DNA of 64,000 nucleotides from Podarcis bocagei (Eukaryota), in NCBI GenBank assembly GCA_964188305.1, contig OZ076888.1, one strand, 5' to 3'. Below the pieces are notes generated by a model. The model saw only the letters and a list, made by a program, of their open reading frames with translations, was not told the origin of the DNA and did not search any database. Below, one piece after another: positions 46,601 to 60,151 of the stretch (position 1 is its first letter; each line of letters begins with the position of its first letter). The position numbers were made by a program, and so were the translations under genes.

Positions 46601-48568
46601 CAGTTGTGAATTTCTATTGTTCTTCATAATGCTGCTATTGGAATTTATGATGGTAAAGTTTCCCAAGGAGCGTCATACATCCTAATAGAAACATATAAGG
46701 GTTGATTCATCAGGAACAAGGGGGGAGGAATCAAATCAGCCTTACCCAATGGTTGAAGTGGGAATAAAAGCCTGTAACGGGGGGGGGGGGGGAGGTGTGC
46801 TCTGAATTACTTCAGGCAGCAGTGGCATAGCGTGGGTTGCTGGCGCCCGGGGCAGGGCAAGTCTTGTGCCCCTTAATGGATTGGGCAGCTGGGGTGGAGG
46901 CGCGTGTTCCCCCCTTGGGTGCTTTTCTGCCTCCCTCACTCCTTGGTGGAAGGTGGCGGCACCACCCTCCCCCTCCATCCATCTCAGCCATGCAGGTGGT
47001 GGCGGCAGGCAGGGGGGCAGGCTGGTGAGTACCTGTGCTGGGAGAGTTTGGGGCTGCCCTTGTGAGCATTGCCTGCTGGCCATATCCCCCCCCCCCACCG
47101 CTGCTGCCGGCAAGACCAGCACCAGGAGCACTGAGTGGCGCTACTGCTCTGACTGCAGTGACCCTGGTCCCTGGTGACTCCGCCTCCGCTGCAGCCTCCA
47201 TCTCCCCCTCCTTGGGAGCAGCCTCCTCCCTGACCTTCTACGCTTTGGTCACCAGCGTTCCCCAGGGCATGCTGCCTGCATCCTCACCACCTTGCAGGCT
47301 GGGTGAACCCTCAGCTCTCGGCCAGCCCAGGGACAGGCAGGTGTCCAAAGAGAAGGAGGCAGCCCTGAAGGTTGAAGGCCCAGCCCAAGGCCCAGCTGGC
47401 CTGCCCATGCCTCCGGAAAGCTGCGGGAGCTCAGCAGGGAGTCTGTTGCGGGCATGCCTGGTTGCACCCCTCTCAGGATTTTATGCCTTGGGCCACAGCC
47501 CCCTTGCCCCCCTCCACTGCCAGGAGAGCAGCCCCTGAAATTTCCTCCTTAGGGGTGGGAGGAGACCAGCAGTGCCTCCTGTTCGCTGCATGGAGGGGGG
47601 CTGCCGAGGCGGCGGCTCATTTGGCCTCCAAGGCGTGTGCCACAGCTGTAAAAATAATTCTCATCTACTTTACAAATAATATTTGTGAAATAGTTTGAAC
47701 ACTCAAAATTGCCAAACAAATGCTAAATATCCTCCTCATCCTTTTGAGAGTAATTTAGAGTTGTGGGCATTTTCTAACAAATTACCTCCCATATGCATTT
47801 TATGTGGTAGAATGTCTTATGTCTTACTCAGACATTTGAATTGACTCTTTGCACCCAGCGCTGCATAGCTGAGACCCTGGAAGGTGGATTGTTGGTGATT
47901 TGGAATCTATCCTTGAAGATTCAGGATGCTAATCTTCACCCAGGGATTCCCTTTTACCATCTTATCACATTTTACCTTTGGGATTTTGGGAGCCAGTAAC
48001 TGATTCTGCTGCGCCCTCTTCTAGTGTTTGAAGTCATTTCTTGATGCGCAGTTGCATGCTCCCAAATGAATAGAACCATTCCGCTTTTCCTATCCATTCA
48101 TAATTATTTATCACAGCTATAGGCAAACTATTCTTCACATTTGGTTGAATAATTTAGGGTTGGAGTTTAAAAATTACTTTATAGACCTATCAAAAGAATT
48201 ATTAGTTGATACCATTTGGAGAAGCACTGTGACATATTTTGGGGTGGCCTTTTTATTATTGCCTTCCGTGCATATTACACAAAATTGATTTTGTATTTGG
48301 AATTATTTTGCTAACGAAAACTATGTTATCTTTGGGATAGGCAACTGGTTGTCCAAGTGTCCAATCCAGCCAACATGGGCTTCCGTTCTGGCTCCTGCAT
48401 GATCTCATTAGGAACATCAACCAATTTCTTCCAAGCCAAGATCCAACTAAGGGCTCTTTAGCCCATTCCCTTCAACTATGAATAGCAACATAGGCTCCTC
48501 TCTTGTACTCCAACTGCTTGCCCTTGTGTATGAGCCAAGGTGTGGGGATGAGCAGCAAAGGTGTAGAC

Positions 48569-48755
48569 CAAGGGTTGTCCACCTGGTCCCTCCCGCCCAC
48601 TAGTGGGCGTTTCAGGATTCTAGGTGGGCAGTAGGGGGGTTCTACGGCACAAGCTGAATCCTCCTTCCACCGAGCACTGGGGGGCGGCAAGAAAATGTTA
48701 CCATCAAGAAAGATGCATTAGTGGGCGGTAGGTATAAAAAGGTTGACTACCCCTG
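48569..48755. mobile_element. hAT-type MITE
   Basis: TIRs caagggttgtccacct / aggttgactacccctg; 8-bp TSD gtgtagac / atgtagac. Confidence 0.8.
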
Positions 48756-49316
48756 ATGTAGACACAAAAGGACATTTCTGCTACTGCTCCAGCTTCAACT
48801 TGTGCTCACACTGGGGAGGTAGAAGCTTTTGCTTGTGGAAGAACCGATGCTGTTTGCCCTTTTGTCATTGTTTAGTGCAGAATATGGTCATTATTAAAAA
48901 GCAGTTATCAACCAGGCAAGTCTGTCTTACCTCTATGGCTACTTGTTTTTCAGGGGTGAGAAGAGCTATGACTTCTGAATACTCTCATATCCACAATGAA
49001 GGAGCCATCTCCTCCTTTGTAGACAGTAACCTATCACTTTCATCCTAGTCTGTATGTCTCTCCCCATCCCACAAAAACCCTTCCCATAAGGTATCGTCAT
49101 CTAAAATTAGAGAAGGACTATCAGCATATTCACATTAGATGAGCATGCAAAATCTTTTCACCCAATAAAGTATGACTATGTAGTATTCATTTTGCTGATA
49201 TATGGAAAAGTTGGAATATTTTGCAAAATTAAATAGTGTAAAACGATATGAAGACTCAGCTGAAGAACTGTGTCTAGTTTGGTGATGTATTTTGCTTTTC
49301 AATCTAATCGTTTCAG

Positions 49317-49340
49317 ATGATGGTCAGTGGGTTCTGACGT
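49317..49340 (+). other. Candidate 24-nt frame-preserving microexon
   Basis: ttttgcttttcaatctaatcgtttcag|ATGATGGTCAGTGGGTTCTGACGT|gtaagt. Confidence 0.4.
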
Positions 49341-50496
49341 GTAAGTAGTTAATTCTGAACTTGATTTTATCATTTGCAATTTTCTCCCCCTCTCTGTTGT
49401 GTAAAGCATTTATTAGCACTTGAAGGGAACACTTTGTCATTTACAAATGGAATGATACATATTCAGTGAAGGATCATGTTTAATTGGAAAGGGAGGAGAC
49501 AAGCAGTGAGGGGTCCAAACAATGTCCTCCATCATGCAGATTCGATAATTAGCAGAAATATGCTGGCAAATTGTGAAATGGGGGGAGTTATGTGAGATGG
49601 ACCAGCACTTTGGCATACTTGAAACATGCCTGCAAGTGTAAACCTCACACAGTTCATGGTCTGGAAAGCTGATTTTTGGACACTGAAGTTAAGTTAGTGT
49701 TACCTAAACTTCTGAAACCTAGTGCACAACACACACGCACTGATTAAAATTGGAAGCAGGCATAATTCACACATGAAAAGATTATTCAGAGAGCGAGAGA
49801 AATGAGAATAATGGGCAGATATATACCTTGCAACTGCAAAGAGCCCAGTTAATATTGTCAAACATTGAAAATTAACCTCTTGTGCTGGATTCAACCGCTA
49901 CCCAGTGTCTCTTAACGCTCTGATTCTCTCCTGCTCCCCTTCTTACAGCTCTACAGTGCAACCCTGCATTTCTGCGTTGTTGTTTTCTATTCCACCTTTT
50001 ATCTTACAGGAATCCAGGGTAGTTTATAACATAATAAAAGAAAACCCAAACAATCCAACAATTAAAATATTAAAACCACATATATAAACAAACAAAAAAC
50101 CACCCAATGTAGGAAAGCATAATCAGTGGTGATGCTTCTGGTAACCCCCCACCATACCCTTCAGGATAGTGTCACCAAGTGAGGTGGCATTGATGCCCTA
50201 TGGAGCTTCCAACAGGCCAAGAGTGGTAGCTGAGCCCAACACGGTGGCTTAATTTTTCAAGGCTCACTTCAGCCTCCGCTGGAGCACCCTGGTGTGTTCT
50301 AGTTCTGGTATTCAATTTGGGAATCGTAGGCTGAACAGCAAATGCATGAAATTAAAGAGGTCGCTTATTGTACAAAAACCTTAAGTCTTCTGACAGCTGA
50401 TATTTGCTAAAAGAAGCACTTTTGGTTTTATTTATATCTTAATTAAAATATTTATAATCCCACCCTTCATCTGTAGTACAGATTCTTTACAGATAC

Positions 50497-50836
50497 CAGG
50501 GCAGTGTAGGCAGTGGGGTCGCAAAGGGGGGCGCGCCCCAGGTGCCATGTCTGTGGGGGTGACAAAAAGGCACCCCACAGGGGCTCACGGCGGCGCAAGC
50601 GGCCATTGCGCTGCTGCAGCCACATGTGAAGGATCCTCCATTCACAGCTGCAGCCGCGAGCAGAGGATCCGGAACCATCCATATGGCGCTGGAGTGGCGC
50701 AGGCAGCAAACTGCTATGTATGGCGCATGTGAGGTGTCACTACGTATGGTGCATGTGTCATACATAGCGACACTGCACATGCGCCCTATGTAGCGACGCC
50801 CCGCCCCGGGTGTCATGACGCCTTCGTTTGCCCCTG
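50497..50836. mobile_element. GC/CpG-rich hAT-like non-autonomous element
   Basis: cagggc...gcccctg termini; repeated cgccccRggtgYca subterminal motif. Confidence 0.5.
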
Positions 50837-50839
50837 GGT

Positions 50840-51198
50840 GTAAAGATAAAGGTAAAGGGACCCCTGACCATTAGGTTCAGTCGTGGCCGACTCTGGGGTT
50901 GCGGCACTCATCTCGCTTTATTGGCCGAGGGAGCCGGCATACAGCTTCCGGGTCATGTGGCCAGGATGACTAAACCACTTCTGGCAAACCAGAGCAGCGC
51001 ACGGAAATGCCGTTTACCTTCCCGCCGGAGCGGTACCTATTTATCTACTTGCACTTTGACGTGCTTTCGAACTGCTAAGTTGGCAGGAGCAGGGACCGCG
51101 CAACGGGAGCTCACCCCGCCGCGGGGATTTGAACCGCCAAATTTCTGATTGGCAAGTCCTAGGCTCTGTGGTTTAACCCACAGTGCCACCCGCGTCCC
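50840..51198 (-). mobile_element. Sauria SINE (lacertid type), full length
   Basis: Reverse complement of the 32806 copy; aaaggt-type tail; approximate TSD cccctgggtgta / cccctgggggta. Confidence 0.92.
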
Positions 51199-51299
51199 CA
51201 CCCCTGGGGGTAGAAGACGTAAAATGAACAAACTGTACAGTCATCAAATATAAAATAATAAAACGTAATAAAAATAAAAAGTTGCTAAAAGCACCAGCA

Positions 51300-52140
51300 C
51301 TAGAGCAAGTTAAACAATTGCTCATGTAAACCCATTGAGATATTTAAAATGTCTGGGCAAAGAAGTACCGTATGTCTTAGCCTGGCTCCAAAATGATTAC
51401 AGGGTTGGCATGAGACACGCTTTGCCGGGGAGGGAGAGGTCCACAAAGAGGGCACGGCTACAGAGAAGACTGTTTTGTGTCACCAGATTGTGAATTTCCC
51501 TTAATGATGGAACATAGAAAAAAGCCCCCTCTGGAGTTCTTAAGGCACAGGCAGATTGCTATAAGGAGAAGCGTTCTTTCAGGTATTTGGGTCCCAAAGC
51601 ATCTAGGGCTCTAAAAGTAAGTTTCAGCATCTAGAATCGGTCTGTGTTATGTGACTCTGCCTGGTTAAAATTATGGCAGCTGTGGTCTGTAGTAAGTGAA
51701 GGTTGAGATGCCTTCAAGTGCAGCCCTTGAACAATACATTACAGTAACCCCACTGGGGGGTTTCCAGAGCATGGCTCCTCTTAGAAATACCATCCTTATG
51801 CAGGAATAGTTGTGGCTAGTGAACCAGCTAAAGCTGTTAAAATGTGCTTTGCACCACTGAGGCTTCTGGTAGTGACAGTGCTGGTTCCAGGATTACTGTG
51901 CCCCCAAGACTAGATGTACCTTTTTCTCCAAGGGGAGCAGAACACCACTGAGAACAGGCCCTACACTTGATTCTCAGACAGAAGGACCAGCTGCCCACAG
52001 CATTTCTGTCTTATCAGGATTCAGCTTCAGTTTACTGGCAGTTGATTTCCAAATCCAAGCAGCAATGCAACACCTGTGCAGCCTCACTAGACTCAGATGA
52101 CAAAAAGAAATAGAGATGAAGATCATCAGGATACTGATCC
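51300..52140 (-). mobile_element. Old degraded L2 fragment
   Basis: Decayed similarity to the L2 3' region (gggctctaaaagt, cagccccttgaacaatacattacagta, gtcttatcaggattcagcttcagt = KLNPDK). Confidence 0.6.
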
Positions 52141-52481
52141 TATATTAGCAAATTTATTAAAACAGCTTTTCAGCAAGAGTTTAGTTATTTATGTTTCCAT
52201 AAATAGCTATTGGCACAAGCAACTCACACCACAACAAGTTTAATAATCAGTTGTGTATGTTGTTTTATATTAGGAATGATTTGTGCAAAAATAGGCAGAG
52301 GAAATAGTGTGTCAGTTTATCGTCAATATGTGAAATGCAGGGAAAATACCAGCTGGCACAAGAATATGGTCCAGGTGAATGGAAGCCAAGAGGGAGGGGG
52401 GAAATGGGTGGCGAGTGTGGACAGCTTGAAGGGCAGAGTTTGAGAAAAGTAATGTAGTTAACAGCATCCTTGGTTCTTAAT

Positions 52482-52872
52482 TGTCACGATGGCATTTGTT
52501 ACCATATAGGTGTGTTGGTGTGAAGTCTGCTGGGGACAGTGCCTGCTCACTGAAGTTGTCTACCTGCCCTCCGCCAAGTAACATTGACGGGAGAGCCTTG
52601 GCAGAGATAGTCACAGTGCCTTCTTTGAGACTGTTTCATCTCCCTCCCCCAAGGTAGCCTCAGAGAGTGGCTTGCCCAGTGGGGTGGGCCCACAGCAATA
52701 GCCTCCTGGCAGCAGCACTGCCACTTATGATAGGGGAAGGGGTATGAAAGTCGCAAGGTGGGTGCTGGGCAGATACGCCTGTGGGACCACTCGGTGGGCT
52801 CCACCGGTGGCCCCTTCACAACTCAGACCTTGCCACTGCCTCACCTTCCCCTCCTGGTAAGTAGCAGTGACA
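52482..52872. mobile_element. Possible solo LTR
   Basis: GC-rich 391-bp block bounded by TGTCAC...GTGACA; no clean TSD. Confidence 0.3.
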
Positions 52873-52877
52873 CCAAT

Positions 52878-53262
52878 CATAATAATACCCCACCCATCTT
52901 GCTGAGTTTCCCCAGCCACTCTGGGCAGCTTATAGCATATCTAAAAACATAATAAAAACATCAAGCATTAAAAACTTCCTGATACAGGGCTGCCTTCAGA
53001 TGTCTTCTAAAAGTTGTGTAATTCTTTATCTCCTTGACATCTGATTGGAGGGCGTTCCATGGGGTGGGTGCCACTACCAAGAAGGCCCTCTCCCTGGTTC
53101 CCTGTAACCGCACTTCTTGCAGTGAGGGAACCGCCAGAAGGCCCTCGGAGCTGGAACTCAGTGTCCGGGCAGATTGATGGGGGTGGAGATGCTCCTTCAG
53201 GCTGTTTAGGGCTTTAAAGGTCAGCACCAAAACTTTGAATTGTGTTCAGAAACATACTAGGA
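52878..53262 (-). mobile_element. L2 3' fragment, same family as 40295-41248
   Basis: VLTFKALN...SEGLLAVPSL..LQGTRERAF..WNAL..FRRHLKAALYQEVFNA plus 3' stem-loop. Confidence 0.9.
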
Positions 53263-53382
53263 GCTTACTGCCAGGAGGCTATTATTGCAGTTCTGTCCCA
53301 CTAGACGAGCTACTCCTGGGTAGCACCTTGGCAGAGTTGTGAACTTGTATCAATAATATTGCCACACTCAGAATAAGGTTTA

Positions 53383-53385
<3 letters not shown>

Positions 53386-53416
<31 letters not shown>
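53386..53416. repeat. (GA)n microsatellite
   Basis: Directly visible. Confidence 0.95.
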
Positions 53417-53419
<3 letters not shown>

Positions 53420-53704
53420 GTGTTACATTATTTGATGCAGGTGTTTCCAAAAATCCAGGCAATACAGATTCAATTCATCAAAAAGAAAAGAAGATATCAG
53501 TAAAGCTTTATAGGACTCTTTTTCAGCAAAAAGAAGGGGGCCGAGTCTGTTTTGGAACACAGTAGAAAAGTCCAAGTGAGAACCACATAGTAATTTAAGA
53601 AATACAGTAGATTTTAGACTTATTAGATCATTTGTGTGGGATAGGATCATGGTATGTGCATGGGAGGGGGGCCTTGCTACATGTTTGGACTGGGTTCAAA
53701 AAAC

Positions 53705-54330
53705 TCCTTTATTATTTTATTTATGATTTTCAGTTTTATACATGTCAATAATTATATAATCATTTTAACATTTCAAAACTTGACTTCCTTTCCCCTCTTT
53801 CTGCGGTTCCTTAAGCTTATTTTTTAATATTTTCTGCATATCCAAATTAACAATTTACTCAATTTATTCATCTACTTTAAATATATACTCTTATAAAACT
53901 GCAGGTTATTATAATAATCCTGCCAATGTTCTTATCTGTTTACAATTTATTTGTAAATATTCAATAAACCATTTCCATCTTTTATAAAAAGTTTGCTATA
54001 TTGATTTCTTATTTTCCCAGTAAGTTTCACAATTTCTGCATTTTCCATAAGTTTTTGTATCCATTCTTCCTTTGCTGGGACTTCTACTTCTTTCCATTTC
54101 TGAGCAAGTAACATTCTTGCCGCTGTAGTAGCATACGTAAATAAATTTCTATACAGTTTGGGTAGTTCTGTCCCTATAATTCCCAAAAGGAAAGCTTCTG
54201 GTGTGTGTGTTTTTTAACAAACGTTATTTTAAACATCTTTTTCAATTCATTATTTATCATTTCCCAGTAACCTTACTACAAGACCAGCACATATGATGAA
54301 AAGAGCCTTCTTTCTCTTTACATTTCTGGT
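53705..54330 (-). mobile_element. 5'-truncated L1 fragment (ORF2 C-terminus plus 3' UTR)
   Basis: YATTAARMLLAQKWK...EEWIQKLM is homologous to YATTAARILIAKYWK...EEWQTQLM of the large L1. Confidence 0.88.
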
Positions 54331-55559
54331 TTTTACTTTTTGAAATATGGCAACCCTAAAAATAAGCACTGAGACAAACTGCTTTTTTAAAATAGTTCAC
54401 CCTTCTTCCTCCCAAGCACTAGGGTTAGAGAAGGTTGGGTGAGATTCCAGCCCTGGATTGGAAGCTGGATCTATCAAGGAGCAAAGTCCAGCTTTCCTCC
54501 TCCGCCTCTCCCTCTTAAATGGTTTTGTTTTGAATTTTTGCAACACTTGGGAGACAGGCCTTTGTGCTTTTTTAGAAAGTGTTTTGAGTTGGTCTGAATA
54601 AATTTGGATTAATTTGATGAAATTCAGATCTGCCTTGACCCACTTTGAACCAAGTCCAGTTGGCTTGTTTCGGTTCAGAATTTGGATTTAATCCAAAGAG
54701 GTTGCACAACTCTCCCTGCTCCTTATATGGAGAGTTTGTGAAAATTTTACTGTTTGAAAGAATGTGAATTGCTTGGGTGTATAATTTTATTTTATCATTA
54801 TTTCTGTGTTAAGTACATAGGCTTGGATATGGTGCTTGAATGGATCAGTGTACTGTTCAGTTCATTTAAAGTGGTATATTATGCTTCATCAAGTATTATA
54901 CGTTGGAAAATTCCATAGTGAGTTGCATTCTGATGCCATAAGTGTTTGTTGAGTCCATGCTTCTTAACTGAAAATTAAACAAATAGCTGTTACTGCCTAT
55001 TTTGTACACGCACCTGCATTTATCTGAACAGAAAGAATCAAATCATTATACGAATGAACCCAGGTGCACATAGTGGAAATGTTGCTCACTCAGAGAATCC
55101 GCTCAGCACACCTGAATGCATTTGCAAGTGTAATAATTTAATAAACACCTTTAACATTAAGAAGTAATGACTTTTAAATATTTTTCAATGTTGCTAAATT
55201 ACTGAGTCCAGGGTATACAAATTGAAACAGGTCTAACAAGAGGACCATAGTAACTAAAATCAAGAGAGCAAGAGACCTTTGAGTGACTGGAGAGCAGTAA
55301 AGTTGAAAGAGCAGTATTCCTGGGCAGAGATGCTTCATTTACGAGATAATTTGTGTATTCCTGTGAACTTTCCCCACAAAATGGTGCTCAAAGCAGTTCA
55401 AAACATATCAGATGAAGACAATAGTAAAAAAAAAAACCAGAGCATGAGCAATTACAAGCACAAATCCCCATACCAAATAAATGCACCATTAAAGAATGTA
55501 AACAATTCAGTACAACTGAAGCAGCATGTAAAACAAGGCAAATAAACTGATCTACATGG

Positions 55560-56085
55560 CAACACGAGAACGGGCCTTCTCTGCAGTGGCTCCCCCTCTG
55601 TGGAATGCCCTCCCCAGGGAAGTTCGCCTGGTGATTATACACCATTAGGCGCCAGGCAAAAATGGTCCTTTTTAACCAGGCCTTGGGTGGACCTGATCAA
55701 CATCCCATACCCTTTTAAAATGTGGCTCTTTTGTTTTTATTTTAATTTTATATACTGTGATCCTTTTATATGAATCTCCCTGAGACCTCCGGGTATAGGG
55801 CAGTACAGTGGTACCTCTGGTTGGGAACGGGATCCGTTCCAGAGGCCCGTTCGCAACATGAAAAGAACGCAACCCACGTCTGCGCATGCGCGGGTTGCGA
55901 TTTGCCACTTCTGTGCATGTGTGTGATGTCATTTTGCGCTTCTGCACATGCGCAAGCAGCAAAACCCGGAAGTAACCCTTTCCAGTACTTCCAGGTCACC
56001 GTGGGACGTATCCTGAAAGAACATAACATGAAGCAGACGTAACATGAGGTATGACTGTATATAAATTCAATAAATCATCATCATC
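55560..56085 (+). mobile_element. L2 3' fragment with (CAT)n tail, split by a MITE
   Basis: RAFSAVAPPLWNALP-like sequence; gggcagta|MITE|tatataaattcaataaatcatcatcat. Confidence 0.7.
55806..56057. mobile_element. Tigger/pogo-type MITE
   Basis: TA|cagtggtacctc ... gaggtatgactg|TA; inverted sibling at 60152-60411. Confidence 0.88.
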
Positions 56086-59039
56086 TAATCTAACACCTTA
56101 AAACCAAACGGGGAGAGTTAAAGCCTAAGAGAAATGGCCTACAGGACCCTGGAGGCCAAGCCCGTTATTCCATTCTGAAGTACTGGCATGGGGTTGCCAC
56201 TCTTCAGCGGCACTCATTAGAGGTTAGCAACCCTTGGCTCTCTCCTCTCAGCCCCTTTCCTGCTCTGTGCACCTGGGAGATAAAGACTGCCGCTCCTTCT
56301 TCAAACCCCACATATGCTTGCATTTCACGGCAAGGCAGTCTCCCCCCCCCCCTCCCCAGCATTGCTTCATATTTGCAGTCACTTCTGTTTTTAAAAAGAC
56401 CCTGAGCTTGGTTTTTCTTTCTGGAGACTGCCATGCTGCCCAAGTGTGCTGGGGCAGCCTTTTGTCTTTCCCTGGCATGCCCACGCACGCACGCAGGCCG
56501 GCATTTGATGCAAAGAAACGTGAATGAAGAAAGATGGCTGTTCCCTTGTAAGATTGTGGTTTCATGTCTCAGTCAAGTGCTTTCCTAAAGCTGTTCACCC
56601 CCACCCCTCCTGCCCCAGACCATGTATTTTGCATGCGTGGGACAGTGGGCTATTGTTAGTCTGTGAGACACAACTCCGTCTCAGAGCCGTTCAGGAGTAG
56701 CTTGTGAAGCAAGTCAGCTTGATTTGCATTTGTTCCAGTCACAAAGGTTTATAGGTCAGTGGAGGCTGGCTGGAAAAAAAAATCACCATGCTTTTGCACC
56801 ATTCTTCTATGGTTGTCAGGAATTCAAACAGGCTGGTTTGTATATTTCTTCTCGGCCATGAATATATGATGGCGCAGTTGGAGCTGCTTTGTTCCTTGGG
56901 AGCCTGGTACCAGCTGGGACTAAGATGGAGGACATGGCTTGATGCCAGCCTGCCCCCCCCCCCCCCCCCGCTTCTCTGCCTCTCACCCTCTTCCTTTTGC
57001 CCATACTAATCCGCATCTGCTTGGATGTCAGTACAGCCAGAGACAGTGAGAGGGCACTGCTCACCTGTGTGCTGTGCCTCTTACATTTCTTCTCTTCTGA
57101 GAAAAGAATCCAGATGAATAAAAGGCAACATTTGCCGTTTTCATTGGGAGCTTTGCAGGAGCTTAATCTCCATGCTGTTGTTGTCACTGTGTATTTCAGT
57201 TCATGCAGGTTTAAAAGCTGAACCGGGGGCTGCTTAGCTATGTAGGAAGAAAAGCCATGCTTCTGTCTCACAAGCCAGATAAAGAGCACGTTTTATTTCA
57301 GGCATGCATTAATTCAGACAGCCTTTTGTTTTTGGCATTGGAGGTGGAGGAGGAACCCCTTACAATACAAGATTTTTGTGGAATATAATGATATAAATGT
57401 ACCATTTATATAATGGTGTTAAATTTTGCTATGTTGGATATAGAGGGTTCCTAGATAGAAAGAAAATATATATTTTAAACATTACTAGACTTTAATTTTA
57501 GATAAAGCAAGAGGTTTTGAAAGAAAAATCTGCAGTTTGAAACTGTGAAGTGTCACACAGATTAAAGGAGACCATGGCAAGATGCTATCCTATTAAACGC
57601 TGGCAACTCTGCTTCCAGGGGACTTAGCCTGAGCTTGAAATGCATTTTGCATTGGTTTTGGTGTCAGATCGCCCTCCCTCTCCTGAGTTGATGAGAAGAT
57701 CAGTTTCAGTTGCAAAAACCAGTTCATCCCTTAACTGTCTGAAATCTGCAGCCCAGAGATTTTCCTTACAGATACCTGAAAATGTGCCAAGCATGGTGTT
57801 TTAATGCCTCTATTTAAATGCAAGCAGTGATTCTCCCATTCTGAATCTACTTGAAAGAGGCTTTCTGTAGAATATGAATTGTTTTCCATCCAGTGAGACT
57901 TCACTTGGTAGGGTGGCTGCTGCTTCTGTAAACGAGTGAGACCTTGGCTGAATATCACATTGATGCCTCCATTTGAAACGGCCAGGGAAACCCATTTGAA
58001 TATATGAATCGCTGCCAGGTTGGCACTGCCTTTCATTCACAGATTAGAATTCAGCCCATGTCTTTAACTCTTCAGCTGCACAGGCTGCAAAACAACATTG
58101 CCCTAAACAAATGTTCAGGTACAATTGCTTTATTCTCCTGCTGTCTCAATCAGGTCCTGTTACACTGTTCACTTAGGAACATGCACCATTTACGTATTTA
58201 ATACACATGCAAACAAATGCATCATAACTTTTTAAAGGATCGAACATCAAATTCTGTTATTGAAAAAATACAGTTTCCAATTTTGTTATTGCTTTTTAAA
58301 ATTGGTGCTTTATTTTTATCTTAAACACACACTTGTGTATGTGTTACATTATAGTCAGACTGCAATATTTAGCAGATTAATCAATGCCTAGCACAATCCT
58401 ATACATATCTGCTCAGAAGTAAGCCCCACTGAGTACAGGAGCACAACCCTGTTCTCACTTACCTTGGAGTGAGTCCCATTGAACGCCGTGGGACTTACTT
58501 TGAGTAGGCGTGTATTGTATGGAACCCCATGATTAGTTGCTGGACGCCAATTTTAATCAAGGAAATGAGGTTAAGGGCCTTCTTGTTAAATTTTTAAAGC
58601 TATTTTGGTAGTGTTGTATAATGCAATAGAGAAAAATGAAAATTTTAAGAGATGGCATTTTCTTGTGATAGTAAATTGTAGCCTTTGTTTATTAAATTTT
58701 AAGTTGTGTTAAGCTTTCTTCAGTTTCTCAAAAAGTGCTGATGTTTAGGGATTGGTAATGTACCAGTTTATTTACATTTCATTCTTTTAGTGACAATGTG
58801 GAAAATTAATCAAAGTAAAAATAATGTTGGTGGACATATCCTAGTTATAATTACTTCAATGCAAACCACTGGTTTTAATGTCCTTATTCACTCCTTGTTT
58901 CAGACACTAAGGAAATTCATCAATTGTCTCTTATCCATCAGATCTACAGTAGTAACCTCCCATAACAAGCCCATAACATTAATTTCTGCCAAATGATAAA
59001 TAATGCAAGTTATTGATATGTTGATATTAAGAATTCCTG

Positions 59040-59246
59040 CAGTGGTGTCCAAACTTTTTTCAAAGAGGGCCAGATTTGATGAAGTGAAGGGCCGTGAGGG
59101 CCGACCAAAAGGACAACCTTTTTTTTAGGATTGAAGTTGTTGTGCTTTTTTATTTTTTTACCCCAGGAAATAAACTGCCACAGGAGATGAATTAAACCGA
59201 CCGGCGGGCCGGATTAGGCCCCCGAAACAGACTTTGGACATGCCTG
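59040..59246. mobile_element. hAT-type MITE
   Basis: TIRs cagtggtgtccaaa / tttggacatgcctg with gggccg subterminal motifs; TSD not recognisable. Confidence 0.65.
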
Positions 59247-60151
59247 CCAGCATCATGAGCAGCAAATTCTCATAAAATATGTATAAATGGAGAGGGAGAT
59301 GATATAAAATCGAGAGGGTGAAAGAATGCTTGGATTGTACTAAAAATACATTTTGTAGCTATGAGATTGAAATTCAATTTATAAACTTATTGGGACTGGG
59401 ACTTATACGCGTTTTTATAATATTTTGTAAAGCAGTGCATGCATAATGCTAATACTAATGATGTGACAATATATTGTAGTAATTAGTTAAACTATAAATA
59501 TTTGATTTGAAATAGTGACAGTACAAAATAAACATTGTTTTTAAGAGTAATAAATAATAGTATGATCCAGTCAAAATTAAGTCACACTACGGTCAGTTGG
59601 AGAGTTATATATTTGCCTTTTGTTTGCTATGTTGGCCCTGATGCCGCCTCCTATTGCCTCCCCCACATCCTCAAGCTACATTTTGTGGCCTGGCGGTGGC
59701 TTTGTGAACATGGTTTTGCTGCCCATCTGTGACTGTGCAGGAATTAAGATCATGGTGATATAAGTCGTCATGGCAGGCCAGCAGACCTGTCCAATAGGCC
59801 ACAAGTTGTGGAGGCCTGAGTTAAATTCTGTCATTTCACCTTTTCTTATGGAGATCTCTTAAAACGCTCTGTTCTGTGGAACATATCTGATTTTGGTCAT
59901 GGTGGCATATATCCTGCTTTACAGTCCTCAATTCAAAGACATACTCTGCTTGATGGCCTGCCCAATCCATATCACTGTAAGAACCGTAAGAATGGAATTC
60001 AGTATATTGAACAGTTAATATGTCAGTGGACAGTACCATAGATTGAATAGGCACGTAGGTCATCTGGTTATAGTCTTCCCAATTATAGTAAAAGATATTG
60101 TACTTCTGTTTAAATTTTAGTACTGCTTTGATGCATGTAAATTAACACATA

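Noticed and set aside
47035-47538. 167-aa Ala/Pro/Ser-rich ORF and overlapping ORFs
   Set aside because: Expected from stop-codon scarcity in GC-rich sequence; no splice or homology support
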